A program made the position numbers and the translations under genes. The notes under the pieces are model-generated. The model searched no databases, was not told the origin of the DNA, and worked only from the letters and a program-made list of their open reading frames with translations. Below are positions 37,595-47,150 of a stretch of 63,127 nucleotides of DNA, piece after piece. How positions within the stretch are numbered: the stretch's first letter is position 1; each line of letters opens with the position of its first letter. Origin of the DNA: Coleofasciculus chthonoplastes F2-STO-03 (GTDB lineage: Bacteria > Cyanobacteriota > Cyanobacteriia > Cyanobacteriales > Coleofasciculaceae); assembly GCA_040222015.1 (NCBI GenBank), contig JAVJWO010000162.1:1-63127 (forward strand), written 5' to 3'.

Positions 37595-38743
37595 ATGCCT
37601 ATTTCAGCAGCTACACCAGCGCTTCTGGTACTAGCGGATGGAACATCCTACCCGGGTTGGTCTTTCGGCGCTTCAGGTACGGCGATTGGAGAAGTTGTCT
37701 TTAACACCGCCATGACGGGGTATCAAGAAGTGGCAACCGATCCCAGCTACTGTGGTCAGATTGTCACCTTTACCTATCCCGAACTGGGAAACACGGGGGT
37801 TAATCCAGAGGATGAAGAATCCACCCATCCTCAGATCCGGGGTGCGATCGCCCGAAACATTTGTTGGCGTCCCAGTAATTGGCGCTCAACCCAGTCGTTG
37901 CCCGACTACCTCAAGGAACACAAGATTCCCGGAATTTACGGCATTGATACCAGGGCGCTGACTCGCAAACTGCGCTCAACCGGGGCGATGAATGGCGGTA
38001 TTTCCACAGAAATTCTTGATCCCGGCGAATTGCTGCAACAAGTGCAAGCCGCGCCGAATATGGCAGGGTTAAATCTGGTGCAGGAAGTGACCACCAAAGC
38101 GGTTTACGAGTGGTCTGAAAAGACGGATAATCATTGGGAGTTTCGTCCCTCGGCGGAATCGGCGACGGGTGAATCCTTTACGGTAGTGGCAATCGATTTT
38201 GGCATCAAACGCAACATTCTGCGGCGTTTAGCCAGCTACGGATGTCGCGTGATCGTGGTGCCTGCGGATACATCCCCCGAAGACATTCTTAAGTACAACC
38301 CCGATGGTATTTTCCTCTCCAACGGACCGGGTGATCCAGCGGCGGTGAGGGACGGGATTGAAACGACCAAAGCCTTGTTAGAACACCGAAAACCCCTGTT
38401 TGGCATCTGCATGGGACACCAGATATTGGGTCTTTCCATGGGTGCTGAAACCTTTAAGCTAAAATTTGGACATCGTGGGTTAAATCACCCGGCTGGGTTA
38501 AAGCAACGGGTAGAAATTACTAGCCAAAACCATGGATTTGCCATCAATTCTGAGTCCTTAGGGGCGGATGTGGAAATTACGCACCTCAACCTAAATGACC
38601 GGACTGTGGCAGGATTGCGTCATAAGACGCTACCATTTTTCTCGGTGCAATACCATCCAGAAGCGAGTCCGGGTCCTCATGATGCCGACTACTTGTTTGA
38701 TCGGTTTGTCGAATCCATGCGATCGCACAAAGCCCCTACTTGA
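37595..38743 (+). CDS. carA: Carbamoyl-phosphate synthase small subunit
   Basis: [51 protein letters not shown] at 37595. Confidence 0.95.
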   Translation: MPISAATPALLVLADGTSYPGWSFGASGTAIGEVVFNTAMTGYQEVATDPSYCGQIVTFTYPELGNTGVNPEDEESTHPQIRGAIARNICWRPSNWRSTQSLPDYLKEHKIPGIYGIDTRALTRKLRSTGAMNGGISTEILDPGELLQQVQAAPNMAGLNLVQEVTTKAVYEWSEKTDNHWEFRPSAESATGESFTVVAIDFGIKRNILRRLASYGCRVIVVPADTSPEDILKYNPDGIFLSNGPGDPAAVRDGIETTKALLEHRKPLFGICMGHQILGLSMGAETFKLKFGHRGLNHPAGLKQRVEITSQNHGFAINSESLGADVEITHLNLNDRTVAGLRHKTLPFFSVQYHPEASPGPHDADYLFDRFVESMRSHKAPT

Positions 38744-38905
38744 AGAAGGTAGAAGGCAAGGGGGATAAGGTGGGTTATTTCCACGCCCACCCCGCTCTAT
38801 GTGGATGATCCGTAAACTTCTCGCTATACTATCGAATAGCTTAATCGCTGGTAAATCACCAACCCATGTTGAATCGTTTAGTGTAAGTACAGCTAGGAGG
38901 GTGTT

Positions 38906-39271
38906 ATTCCTGAGCAACTCAACCTGACAGTCAGCTTAAGAGGGACTCGTGAGGTCAAAAGTAATTATCAACTTTTCCGTCTGACTGGATTGTTAGATGC
39001 CTTCTCAGAACCAACGTTTGGGAAGGTGATTGGTAAATGTGTCGATGAGGGACCGAAAAATATTATTTTGGATCTCTCAAAGATCGATTTCGTGGATAGT
39101 TCAGGCTTAGGCGCTTTAGTGCGTATAGCGAAAAAGGCTCAAACGGCTGAGGGAAAATTGCAAATTGTCACCAATGCCCGTGTGACTCAAACGGTGAAGC
39201 TAGTGCGTCTAGAAAAATTTCTCTCACTTCAACCATCGGTTGACGAAGCCTTGGATAACGTCAAAAAATAA
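38906..39271 (+). CDS. STAS-domain anti-sigma factor antagonist; probable ATT start at 38906
   Basis: LDLSKIDFVDSSGLGALV; frame extends 28 codons to ATT, 5 nt after a perfect AGGAGG. Confidence 0.85.
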   Translation: MPEQLNLTVSLRGTREVKSNYQLFRLTGLLDAFSEPTFGKVIGKCVDEGPKNIILDLSKIDFVDSSGLGALVRIAKKAQTAEGKLQIVTNARVTQTVKLVRLEKFLSLQPSVDEALDNVKK

Positions 39272-39417
39272 TTGAACACAGGAAAACTGTGGTACTCATC
39301 CCCTGACAGTCTGGCAGGGGATTTCCCGTTATTTGGTCTATGCCTTCTACCTCTGTCCTCTGCCTTTGATAAAATAGTGGCGGGCATTCATACTGCCCTT
39401 CATTTCGTCTGAGTTAC

Positions 39418-39885
39418 ATGGAGCAGCAGGAAGAAACGGCAAACAGCACAGACAATAACTCAGCCCTCTCTGGGACAGAAGCCCGATTTCGGCAATTGAA
39501 CGCTGCTGCCGATCCCCAATGCCAAATCCAACAGATTTCTCCAGGGGCGTTGGCGTATCTGGGAGATGCTGTGTATGAACTCTATATCCGCAGTCACTAT
39601 TTACTTCCCCCTAAACGTCTATGTGATTATCATGATCAAGTCGTGGCTCAAGTCCGCGCCGAAAGTCAAGCGAATACGCTGCGATCGCTCGAACCTTATC
39701 TAACTGAACCCGAATTGGCACTATTGCGACGTGGACGGAATGCGGCGACTGGAACGTCACGACGCCTCAATCGCAAAGTCTATCAACAAGCCACCAGCTT
39801 AGAAACATTACTGGGATATCTGTATCTGACTGATCCCCAACGCCTGACTCAGTTATTGGCTTATTTGGAACTCGATACCCCTTAA
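39418..39885 (+). CDS. mrnC: Mini-ribonuclease III
   Basis: ALAYLGDAVYE, RRGRNA, YQQATSLETLLGYL; adjacent to rlmB. Confidence 0.88.
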   Translation: MEQQEETANSTDNNSALSGTEARFRQLNAAADPQCQIQQISPGALAYLGDAVYELYIRSHYLLPPKRLCDYHDQVVAQVRAESQANTLRSLEPYLTEPELALLRRGRNAATGTSRRLNRKVYQQATSLETLLGYLYLTDPQRLTQLLAYLELDTP

Positions 39886-39910
39886 ATCATCAGCACACTT
39901 TAATTAAATT

Positions 39911-40897
39911 ATGGCTAATCAAGATCGCCGCTCTCACACCTCTAGCAAGCCAAAGCGAGGGAAGTTTCAACGTGACCCACGCCGTCCCTCGTCTAAAGGT
40001 AAATTCTCCAGGGATCAACGCTCCCCGGATAAACCTGTTCTAAAACGTCGCTCTGATTCCCAACCGTCGCCGCCAGAACCAACGGAATCTGAGTCCACTT
40101 TGTCAGAAGATGTTGACTTACTCTATGGACGTCACCCTGTCCTAGCCGCCCTGGAAAATCAACGTCAGCTTAATCGGGTGTGGATTCTGCCGCAGTTACG
40201 CTACGATCACCGCTTTCACTCGTTACTGCTGCAAGCTAAAGCCAATGGTACAGTGATTGATGAAGTCGATTCGCGACGCCTCAGCCAAGTTACTCAAGGG
40301 GCTAATCATCAAGGTGTGGCGGCTCAAGTAGCACCTTACTCTTACAAGGAGTTAGGGGATTTAATTCAAACGGCTAAATCCACAAGCCAATACCCTGTGA
40401 TCGTCGTTTGTGATGGGATTACTGATCCCCACAATTTAGGTGCTATTATTCGTACGGCGGAAGCCTTGGGCGTTCAAGGTTTAGTGATTCCCCAACGACG
40501 AGCCGTAGGCGTTACCTCAACTGTGCTGAAAGTAGCAGCAGGCGCATTAGAAACCTTGCCGATTGCCAGAGTGGTCAATCTGAGTCGTGCATTGGAGGAA
40601 CTGAAAACCGCTGGATTTTGGATTTATGGAACTTGTGCTGACACTGGTAAACTACTACACACTGTTGATTTAAGCGGGTCGATAGTATTAGTTATTGGTT
40701 CAGAAGGTAGTGGTCTAAGTCTCTTGACTCAACGCTGCTGTGATGTATTGGTTTCGATTCCCCTGTATGGCAAGACTCCTAGCCTCAACGCTTCTGTTGC
40801 CGCCGCCATGACGTTGTATGAAACCTATCGTCAGCGTTGGGTCAATCCCCTGTATTTTGATGATCTCAGCAAAAATTCTTGGAAAAAGGAAACGTAA
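39911..40897 (+). CDS. rlmB: 23S rRNA Gm2251 2'-O-methyltransferase (SpoU)
   Basis: [37 protein letters not shown]. Confidence 0.9.
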   Translation: MANQDRRSHTSSKPKRGKFQRDPRRPSSKGKFSRDQRSPDKPVLKRRSDSQPSPPEPTESESTLSEDVDLLYGRHPVLAALENQRQLNRVWILPQLRYDHRFHSLLLQAKANGTVIDEVDSRRLSQVTQGANHQGVAAQVAPYSYKELGDLIQTAKSTSQYPVIVVCDGITDPHNLGAIIRTAEALGVQGLVIPQRRAVGVTSTVLKVAAGALETLPIARVVNLSRALEELKTAGFWIYGTCADTGKLLHTVDLSGSIVLVIGSEGSGLSLLTQRCCDVLVSIPLYGKTPSLNASVAAAMTLYETYRQRWVNPLYFDDLSKNSWKKET

Positions 40898-40976
40898 AGT
40901 AGTATAACAAAATGTAAACAGTAAACAACTGGAAATTAACAAGACCACATAGCATCCCATCGACTAGGTAAAGAGC

Positions 40977-41264
40977 ATGAAAGAACTTTTGATTAACAGT
41001 CTCCAATTTTTAGGTTTGGCGTTTTGGGTAGAAATTGTCACAGATGATCCCCAATGCACCTACTATTTCGGTCCGTTCTCCAGCAAACAGGAAGCCGAAT
41101 CCGCTCAAGGCGGATATATTGAAGATTTAGAAAATGAAGGCGCTCAACGGATTTCTGTAAATGTCATGCGCTGCAAACCGACTAACCTGACGATTTTTGA
41201 TGAAGAATCAGAAGAATTAAGGGTTAGTGCGAAAATACCAGTGTTCAGTGGAAACCTTTCCTAG
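40977..41264 (+). CDS. DUF1816 family protein
   Basis: WVEIVT..P.CTYYFGPF....A....GYIEDL..EG......RCKP..LTI. Confidence 0.8.
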   Translation: MKELLINSLQFLGLAFWVEIVTDDPQCTYYFGPFSSKQEAESAQGGYIEDLENEGAQRISVNVMRCKPTNLTIFDEESEELRVSAKIPVFSGNLS

Positions 41265-41360
41265 AACGTCTTGCTGGATGTCGGGAGTTGGGGATCTGGG
41301 GGAGCTGGGGGAGAAAAAAATTATATCCGCTATATACCCAGTCACTTTTTTAGCGTTCTG

Positions 41361-42245
41361 TCATCCCTTGAGATCAACAACTTGAGGGTGGCGTTGAATC
41401 CAATCATCAATATCACGGAGTACCTGATTGGGAATTTCCCACGGAAACAGGTGAGCTGTATGAGGATAACAACGCCACTCAGATTCTTGTAGGTGTTGAG
41501 CCGTTTCTTGACTTGATTGAGCGGTAATGTGGCGATCCGCTTCTCCTGCTAATACCAGACAGGGACATTGAATTTGTTCTAGGTCAGCCAGTCTATTGTA
41601 TCTCGCTTTCAATGCTTGGTTAAGGGCATCAGTCGCCACCTTAGAGGTTTGGAGATAAGCGGATAAGGCTTCCTGTGCCAAATACTGGTAAGCTGTTGCA
41701 CTATGGTTTTGGATGAGATAGCGATAGAGCGATCGCACCCCAAAGGTTTCAATGTTCCACCGCCATCCTGGAGAGATGCGATTCAACACAGAAGCGATCC
41801 CGGTATAGAGATTATCCTGCCACGCGATCGCAGGATGATTTCCTCTAGGTCGTGCGGCTGTGGCAATCAAAATTAAACCACTCACTCGTTCAGGTAGCCT
41901 TAGCGCTAATTCCATGGCGAGAATTCCCCCTAGAGACCAGCCAAGAACCAAACAACGATTGATCGACAAACGATTAAGCAAATCCTCCAAATCTATTAGG
42001 TGGTCACTCATTTGAAAACCTTCTACTGTACGACTGCGACCATATCCTCGCAAGTCAGGAGACAGGGTTTGAAAGCGTTGAGAGAGGTGGTCGGTAAAAA
42101 CCGACATACAACGCCCCGATCCCGGATGACCGTGCAAGCAGATAATCGGAAAGCCTTGACCTTGGTAGTAAACATTAAGTTGAACAGGTTGCAAGATTCT
42201 ACCTATCGACAACTTGTTAAACTCCTCCCTAAATGTTCTTGACAA
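41361..42245 (-). CDS. Alpha/beta hydrolase (start uncertain)
   Basis: LHGHPG, PDLRGYG, GWSLGG nucleophile elbow, AHLFPWE. Confidence 0.85.
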   Translation of the reverse strand: MSRTFREEFNKLSIGRILQPVQLNVYYQGQGFPIICLHGHPGSGRCMSVFTDHLSQRFQTLSPDLRGYGRSRTVEGFQMSDHLIDLEDLLNRLSINRCLVLGWSLGGILAMELALRLPERVSGLILIATAARPRGNHPAIAWQDNLYTGIASVLNRISPGWRWNIETFGVRSLYRYLIQNHSATAYQYLAQEALSAYLQTSKVATDALNQALKARYNRLADLEQIQCPCLVLAGEADRHITAQSSQETAQHLQESEWRCYPHTAHLFPWEIPNQVLRDIDDWIQRHPQVVDLKG

Positions 42246-42432
42246 ATCCGTAAAAATGCTGTTTATGATCAGCCTTGTGGCGGAGTTCGAGGCATGGCTA
42301 ATGACTTTAGAAGAACAGTGGACACCGGAAATCGCGGCTTGTCTTCAGGGTAAATTCCCGGATTGGCGCAGCTAGTGCAGTGCGGCGGAGCAGGGGAGCA
42401 GAGGAGCAGAGGAGTCAAAATTCAACACTTAG

Positions 42433-43509
42433 TCAAGTTTTGCGGAAGGAACGAATCGCCAGAATAACCAGTGTTATCAGAGTTAAGGGCATCACAAACA
42501 GGAGCATGATCTCACTAAATTCTTCCAACGCATCATGTTCAGTAGCGTTAAGAAACAAATACAGCGTATAAGCAACATAGTATGCCAGAAATAGAATGCC
42601 CTCCCAGCGATCAATCCGATAACCCGTAAAGAAAATGGGTAGGCAAGCGACGGCGACAGCAATCATGACCGGAATGTCAAAGTGTAAAGCCGGGATTGAT
42701 AAAGCAATGCCATCAGGGGCAACAATACTACACACTCCCAACACCAATAGGAGATTAAAAATATTACTGCCAACTGCATTACCAACGGCAATATCCCGTT
42801 CTCCTCGAATACCTGCTGCAATGGATGTGGCAATTTCGGGTAGTGAAGTTCCCGCAGCAACAATGGTTAAGCCAATAATCAATTCGCTGATTCCAAACGC
42901 TTGGGCGACATCTACAGAACCCTTAATCAGGTAGTTTGACCCCACTACCAACATTCCTATACCGACAATAATTAATCCTAGGTTGAGTAAGATCTGATCT
43001 ATCCCTCGACGAGAGCGCTGATTATTGCTTTCTGAAGACTGTTCTTGGGCTTGGTTTTCTCGACGTCCTTGGTAAAGGGTAAATACAGTGTAAGTGATCG
43101 CTCCCATCACCAAGAAAATCCCATCCCCCCGACTCAGTTTACCATCCCACCCCATTAACCATACCAGGAATGATAGTCCAGTCATTAAAGGCGCATCAAG
43201 TCGCACCAATTGTCGCGAGACAATCAGGGGAGCAATGGCGGCAGAACTACCCAGAATCAGTAATATATTGGCAATATTGCTACCGACAACGTTACCAATG
43301 GCAATATCAGCTTGTCCAGCATAGCTAGATTGTACAGATACAGCTAATTCCGGAGCGCTAGTGCCATAAGCAACCACTGTTAATCCGACAACTAGGGGTG
43401 AAAGTCCAGCCACTACAGCTAATTGGGATGCTCCCCGTACCAGAATTTCGGCTCCGCCGATCAACAAAACAAAGCCGCTAATCAATAATAATATAGTGAT
43501 GCCATCCAT
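42433..43509 (-). CDS. Ca2+/Na+ antiporter (CaCA/YrbG family)
   Basis: Alpha repeats GTSAPE..GNVVGSNI and GTSLPE..GNAVGSNI. Confidence 0.9.
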   Translation of the reverse strand: MDGITILLLISGFVLLIGGAEILVRGASQLAVVAGLSPLVVGLTVVAYGTSAPELAVSVQSSYAGQADIAIGNVVGSNIANILLILGSSAAIAPLIVSRQLVRLDAPLMTGLSFLVWLMGWDGKLSRGDGIFLVMGAITYTVFTLYQGRRENQAQEQSSESNNQRSRRGIDQILLNLGLIIVGIGMLVVGSNYLIKGSVDVAQAFGISELIIGLTIVAAGTSLPEIATSIAAGIRGERDIAVGNAVGSNIFNLLLVLGVCSIVAPDGIALSIPALHFDIPVMIAVAVACLPIFFTGYRIDRWEGILFLAYYVAYTLYLFLNATEHDALEEFSEIMLLFVMPLTLITLVILAIRSFRKT

Positions 43510-43637
43510 CAGGGTTTATCCGGTGTGGGAACAGATCACAGAGTATGGGTTGATGACGTTAATGTCAAAGTTAGGGTCAGGTAACCATGCCTCTACCAGT
43601 CAGAATAACTCAGAATTAGACTTCCTTTGGGAAAAGC

Positions 43638-43778
43638 TATAACGTTTTTATTTGAGATGTAAATACACTTATTCAGGAAAAGGCAACAGGCAACAGGCAA
43701 CAGGGTAAAGAGATACAGGGTTTTTAAGTATAAGAAGAAAATACATTCTAAGTTTGCAACTCATTTACAAATGCTATA
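43638..43778. mobile_element. Degenerate TATA-ended MITE-like element with AGGCAAC repeats
   Basis: Imperfect TIR TATAACGTTTTTATTTGAGATGTA / TGCAACTCATTTACAAATGCTATA. Confidence 0.4.
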
Positions 43779-43992
43779 TTCTAGAATTCAATGATTGTTG
43801 GCTAAATTTTTCTGATCAAGAAATTGATTCAAAATTCTCTTTATGAGTAAACAGAATAGAAAAAAATGAAGGACTAATTCCAATAGTCTTCACCACTAAA
43901 CTTGTCAGCCAAAATTTATCCCCAAGTATTTGTGGCAAATTTTGAATCAAAAAAATTATTGTAACATTTCCCACCTATTTCGGTTTTTGTTC

Positions 43993-44066
43993 TCTGTTCC
44001 CTGTTCCCTGTTCCCTGTTCCCTGTTCCCTGTTCCCTGTTCCCTGTTCCCTGTTCCCTGTTCCCTA
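43993..44066. repeat. STRR (TGTTCCC)n, about 10 copies
   Basis: 7-bp periodicity; same family at 34350-34395 on the opposite strand. Confidence 0.92.
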
Positions 44067-44070
44067 TTGC

Positions 44071-44847
44071 CTATTCTCTCAATAACTTCTGCGCCGCCCG
44101 CAAAATTTGTCCTGCTAGAATTGCCGCACCAAAACCGTTATCAATATTCACGACACCTACTCCTGGCGCACAAGAATTAAGCATGGTTAAAAGAGGAGCG
44201 AGTCCGCCAAAACTGGCACCGTAGCCGATACTTGTGGGTACGGCAATAACTGGAGAATCAGCTAAACCCGCAACAACGCTAGGTAACGCTCCTTCCATCC
44301 CGGCTACGACAATCAGCACATTTGCTTCAGCAATGACCTGTTGATGACTCAGCAAGCGGTGGAGTCCCGCTACACCCACATCCGAGAGACGCTGTACCTG
44401 AAACCCACACAGTTGAGCCGTAACTGCTGCTTCTTCAGCCACCCATAAGTCAGAGGTTCCCGCACAAATAATCCCTATCATTCCTGGACAATTAGAGGGA
44501 ATAGTTTCCGGCGCGATCGCACAAATCCGGGCAGTCGGATAATAGTGGATATCTGGAACTGTGACTTGGAGTTGGGCAAACACATCAGGCTCAATGCGAG
44601 TTGCCATCACCACTGAACCGCGTTGTCGCATTGCTGCCATAATTTGAGCAATTTGGTCAGGTGTTTTACCTAAACCCCAAATGACCTCTGGAAAACCTGT
44701 TCTCAAGGTGCGGTGATGGTCAATTTTAGCAAAGTTACTAACGGACTCAAAGGTAAAATGTTTCAGTTTATCTAAAGCAACTGCCGGACTCGTTTCGCCA
44801 GCAGCTACTGATTCGAGCAAAGTCTTTATGGCTTGAGGTTGAGTCAT
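44071..44847 (-). CDS. larB: LarB/CpmA-family (PurE-like) protein
   Basis: DHHRTLRTGFPEVIW, AGTSD, DVGVAGLHRL, AGMEGALPSVVAG, PTSIGYG, VNIDNGFGAA. Confidence 0.85.
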   Translation of the reverse strand: MTQPQAIKTLLESVAAGETSPAVALDKLKHFTFESVSNFAKIDHHRTLRTGFPEVIWGLGKTPDQIAQIMAAMRQRGSVVMATRIEPDVFAQLQVTVPDIHYYPTARICAIAPETIPSNCPGMIGIICAGTSDLWVAEEAAVTAQLCGFQVQRLSDVGVAGLHRLLSHQQVIAEANVLIVVAGMEGALPSVVAGLADSPVIAVPTSIGYGASFGGLAPLLTMLNSCAPGVGVVNIDNGFGAAILAGQILRAAQKLLRE

Positions 44848-44970
44848 GATTTATTCAACTATTAAAGTATTATTAGTTTTTTAAACAATAATACAACTGG
44901 GATTAAAAATAGGTTTACACTGTATCTATCTACATAGATTATTTTAACCTATAGCGATTTTTTAGTATAG

Positions 44971-45984
44971 TCAAATTACGCGCAGTGCTCCGATAATAAC
45001 AAACCGACCGTAAAGTTTAGTTCGGTTTCCATAAACTTCCACATTAATTAAACTCCTATCTTTACGCTGTCCTTTGAATCGACAGTACAGATTTTTACTT
45101 TGACCCTGAATGCAGCTATAGATTTGTTGTTCAACAAACTTACGATTGTCTAGGCATACGAGTTCAAGAACAGATTCTAATGAGATCAGTTCTCCAAAAG
45201 TATAGCCAAAAGTTTCGGCTAATCTGGGATTGACGTATAGAAAATTCCCTTCTCCAAACAGGATATATATGCCAATTCGGGAAAATTCTTTCTCGCTGAA
45301 GGATTGAGTTACACTTTGACCCGATTGAGCGGTTGTTTTCTGTTGATCCTGCTTTAATTCTAAGTCCAGTTCTTGCTGCTGACGTTCATGATAAAGTCGA
45401 GCATTGTCAAGCACCAATGCCATAGATTCTGCTGTAATTTGCATTAGATGAGCCGATTCCGGGCTAAAGTGTCCAGGTTGTGAGTGAGTTAATGTGAGAA
45501 TTCCTAAGACTTCTTTACCCATTAAAATCGGAACGCCAAGGGCGGAGCGAACGGTGTAAGGTTGATTCGGTAAGGTCAACCACCGCTCGTCCTCGATCGT
45601 ATCAGTAATGAGTCCCAGTTTGCGGTGACGATAGACCCAACCTGCTAGACCTTTATCCAACACTTGACCAATCAGCCGTTGCTTTTGTCCTCGTAGCGTC
45701 GCACCACGAGCTAAAATACTTTCGGTGACAACGCCATGGGTATCAAGTAAGAACAAACTACTGGATTCGGCACGAGTTAGCTTGGTGCCAATGGTCACAA
45801 TTTGTTGCAACATGGCTCTAACCATCAGAGTCCCCCTCGCCGCTTGCAAGGTTGTGGCAAAGGTTCTCATGAGCTGATGTTGGGCATCAAACGCCATTTT
45901 AGTCATTTTCAGTTTAATCACTTGTCGGCGTAGTAATGCGACTTCTGCCATGAGTTGTTCGTAGGACTTGTTGCGATCGCTCAT
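44971..45984 (-). CDS. GAF + PAS domain protein with no output domain
   Basis: GLAGWV..RSALGVPI..LTLTH..F..NARLY (GAF); YVNPRLAETFGY..RKD...VEVYG (PAS). Confidence 0.8.
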   Translation of the reverse strand: MSDRNKSYEQLMAEVALLRRQVIKLKMTKMAFDAQHQLMRTFATTLQAARGTLMVRAMLQQIVTIGTKLTRAESSSLFLLDTHGVVTESILARGATLRGQKQRLIGQVLDKGLAGWVYRHRKLGLITDTIEDERWLTLPNQPYTVRSALGVPILMGKEVLGILTLTHSQPGHFSPESAHLMQITAESMALVLDNARLYHERQQQELDLELKQDQQKTTAQSGQSVTQSFSEKEFSRIGIYILFGEGNFLYVNPRLAETFGYTFGELISLESVLELVCLDNRKFVEQQIYSCIQGQSKNLYCRFKGQRKDRSLINVEVYGNRTKLYGRFVIIGALRVI

Positions 45985-46024
45985 TTGTACCTCTATCCAT
46001 TCAATGCACCTGCACTCAAATCCT

Positions 46025-46695
46025 TTGACACTCCCCCGGTTAAAACGCGGGGGATTCTTCCTTCACAGGGAGGCAGAGTTTTACATCTTCCAGGATGGAG
46101 CCTTTACCCTCCAGAAGCTTAACCACCGTATGCCCTACGGCTTCCAGTCCTCTAATTTCGACTACCTGAGCGGCTGCGACATCGCGATCGGCTGTATACC
46201 CGCAATGCTGACACTTGTGTACCCGCTGAGAAAGTTTCTTTTTGCCTGTCTCTTTTAAGCACTTGGGGCAAGTCTGACTCGTTCCACTAGCGGGTACTTT
46301 CTGGAAGTACACACCAGAGAGGATGTTTAAAAACTGACCCCAACCTGCATCTACTGAAATGATGTATTCACTTTTAATCGAGCAAGCGTTTACCTGACAT
46401 TTACGACTGTTCACCCAATCTTTGCGTTCAGCTAATGCGTAGTTATACACTTGGCAACATTGCTCTAGCCATTCCTCAAAGGTGGCTATCTGAGCGCTAG
46501 TTGGTTTTAGTTTAAACTCGTAAATTAGGTTAAACATTTGCTCGACCTCCTGCAATTTTTGCTAATACTATAGCACAGTCTTAATTGAGTGTTGTCAGGA
46601 TGAAATAGACTGGCAACTAAAGTTGCTTGGCTAGATGCCTCGCTCGGTTTCATCCCCTGGTTAAAACACAGGGGAGCCTGCACCTTCGCTATTCT
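46025..46695 (-). mobile_element. 671-bp non-autonomous IS605-group element with internally deleted tnpB
   Basis: On the minus strand, left end is preceded by TTAC and has hairpin TCCCCTG-TGTTTTAAC-CAGGGGA; right end is GAATCCCCCG-CGTTTTAAC-CGGGGGAGTG-TCAA. Confidence 0.8.
46040..46537 (-). pseudogene. tnpB: tnpB with in-frame internal deletion: N-terminal HTH region fused to Zn-finger/RuvC-III
   Basis: YEFKLKPT...VYNYALAER joined to DAGWGQF...TSQTCPKC...CQHCG..DRDVAAA; RuvC-I/II absent. Confidence 0.8.
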
Positions 46696-46846
46696 GTAAA
46701 AGATTTGATGGGTTTTCTGGGCTCACGTCGCTGCTACCCTAAAATGAATAGCACTGAAAATTTGCATTTTGGGAGCGCCAAAACCCTTGATTGAACTACC
46801 GTAGGGTGGGCATTGCCCACCAGCATACCAGTCAGTGGCATTCACC

Positions 46847-47116
46847 CTAAAATGCCTGAATCCATTCTTTCACATCGTACTCTGTCCAAATTCCATTTTG
46901 CCAATAGGGATCTGCCTCAATCAGTTGGCGCACGGTGGCTTCATCTTCAGCATCATAAACGCCAAAAACTTTGGTCAAGTCTTTAGTTGGACCAATCGTA
47001 ATTAACACGCCGGATTCTTTTTGTTGAGTCAAACCATCCAGATGAGCTTGACGATGAGGAGCGCGTTTTTCTAATACCTCCTCACAATAACTTCCCCACA
47101 TTACGTATTTAGGCAT
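46847..47116 (-). CDS. YciI family protein
   Basis: RAPHRQAHL, IGPT, DPYWQNGIW. Confidence 0.85.
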   Translation of the reverse strand: MPKYVMWGSYCEEVLEKRAPHRQAHLDGLTQQKESGVLITIGPTKDLTKVFGVYDAEDEATVRQLIEADPYWQNGIWTEYDVKEWIQAF

Positions 47117-47150
47117 GACCAATCAACCGTGAACAAATGACAAATGACAC

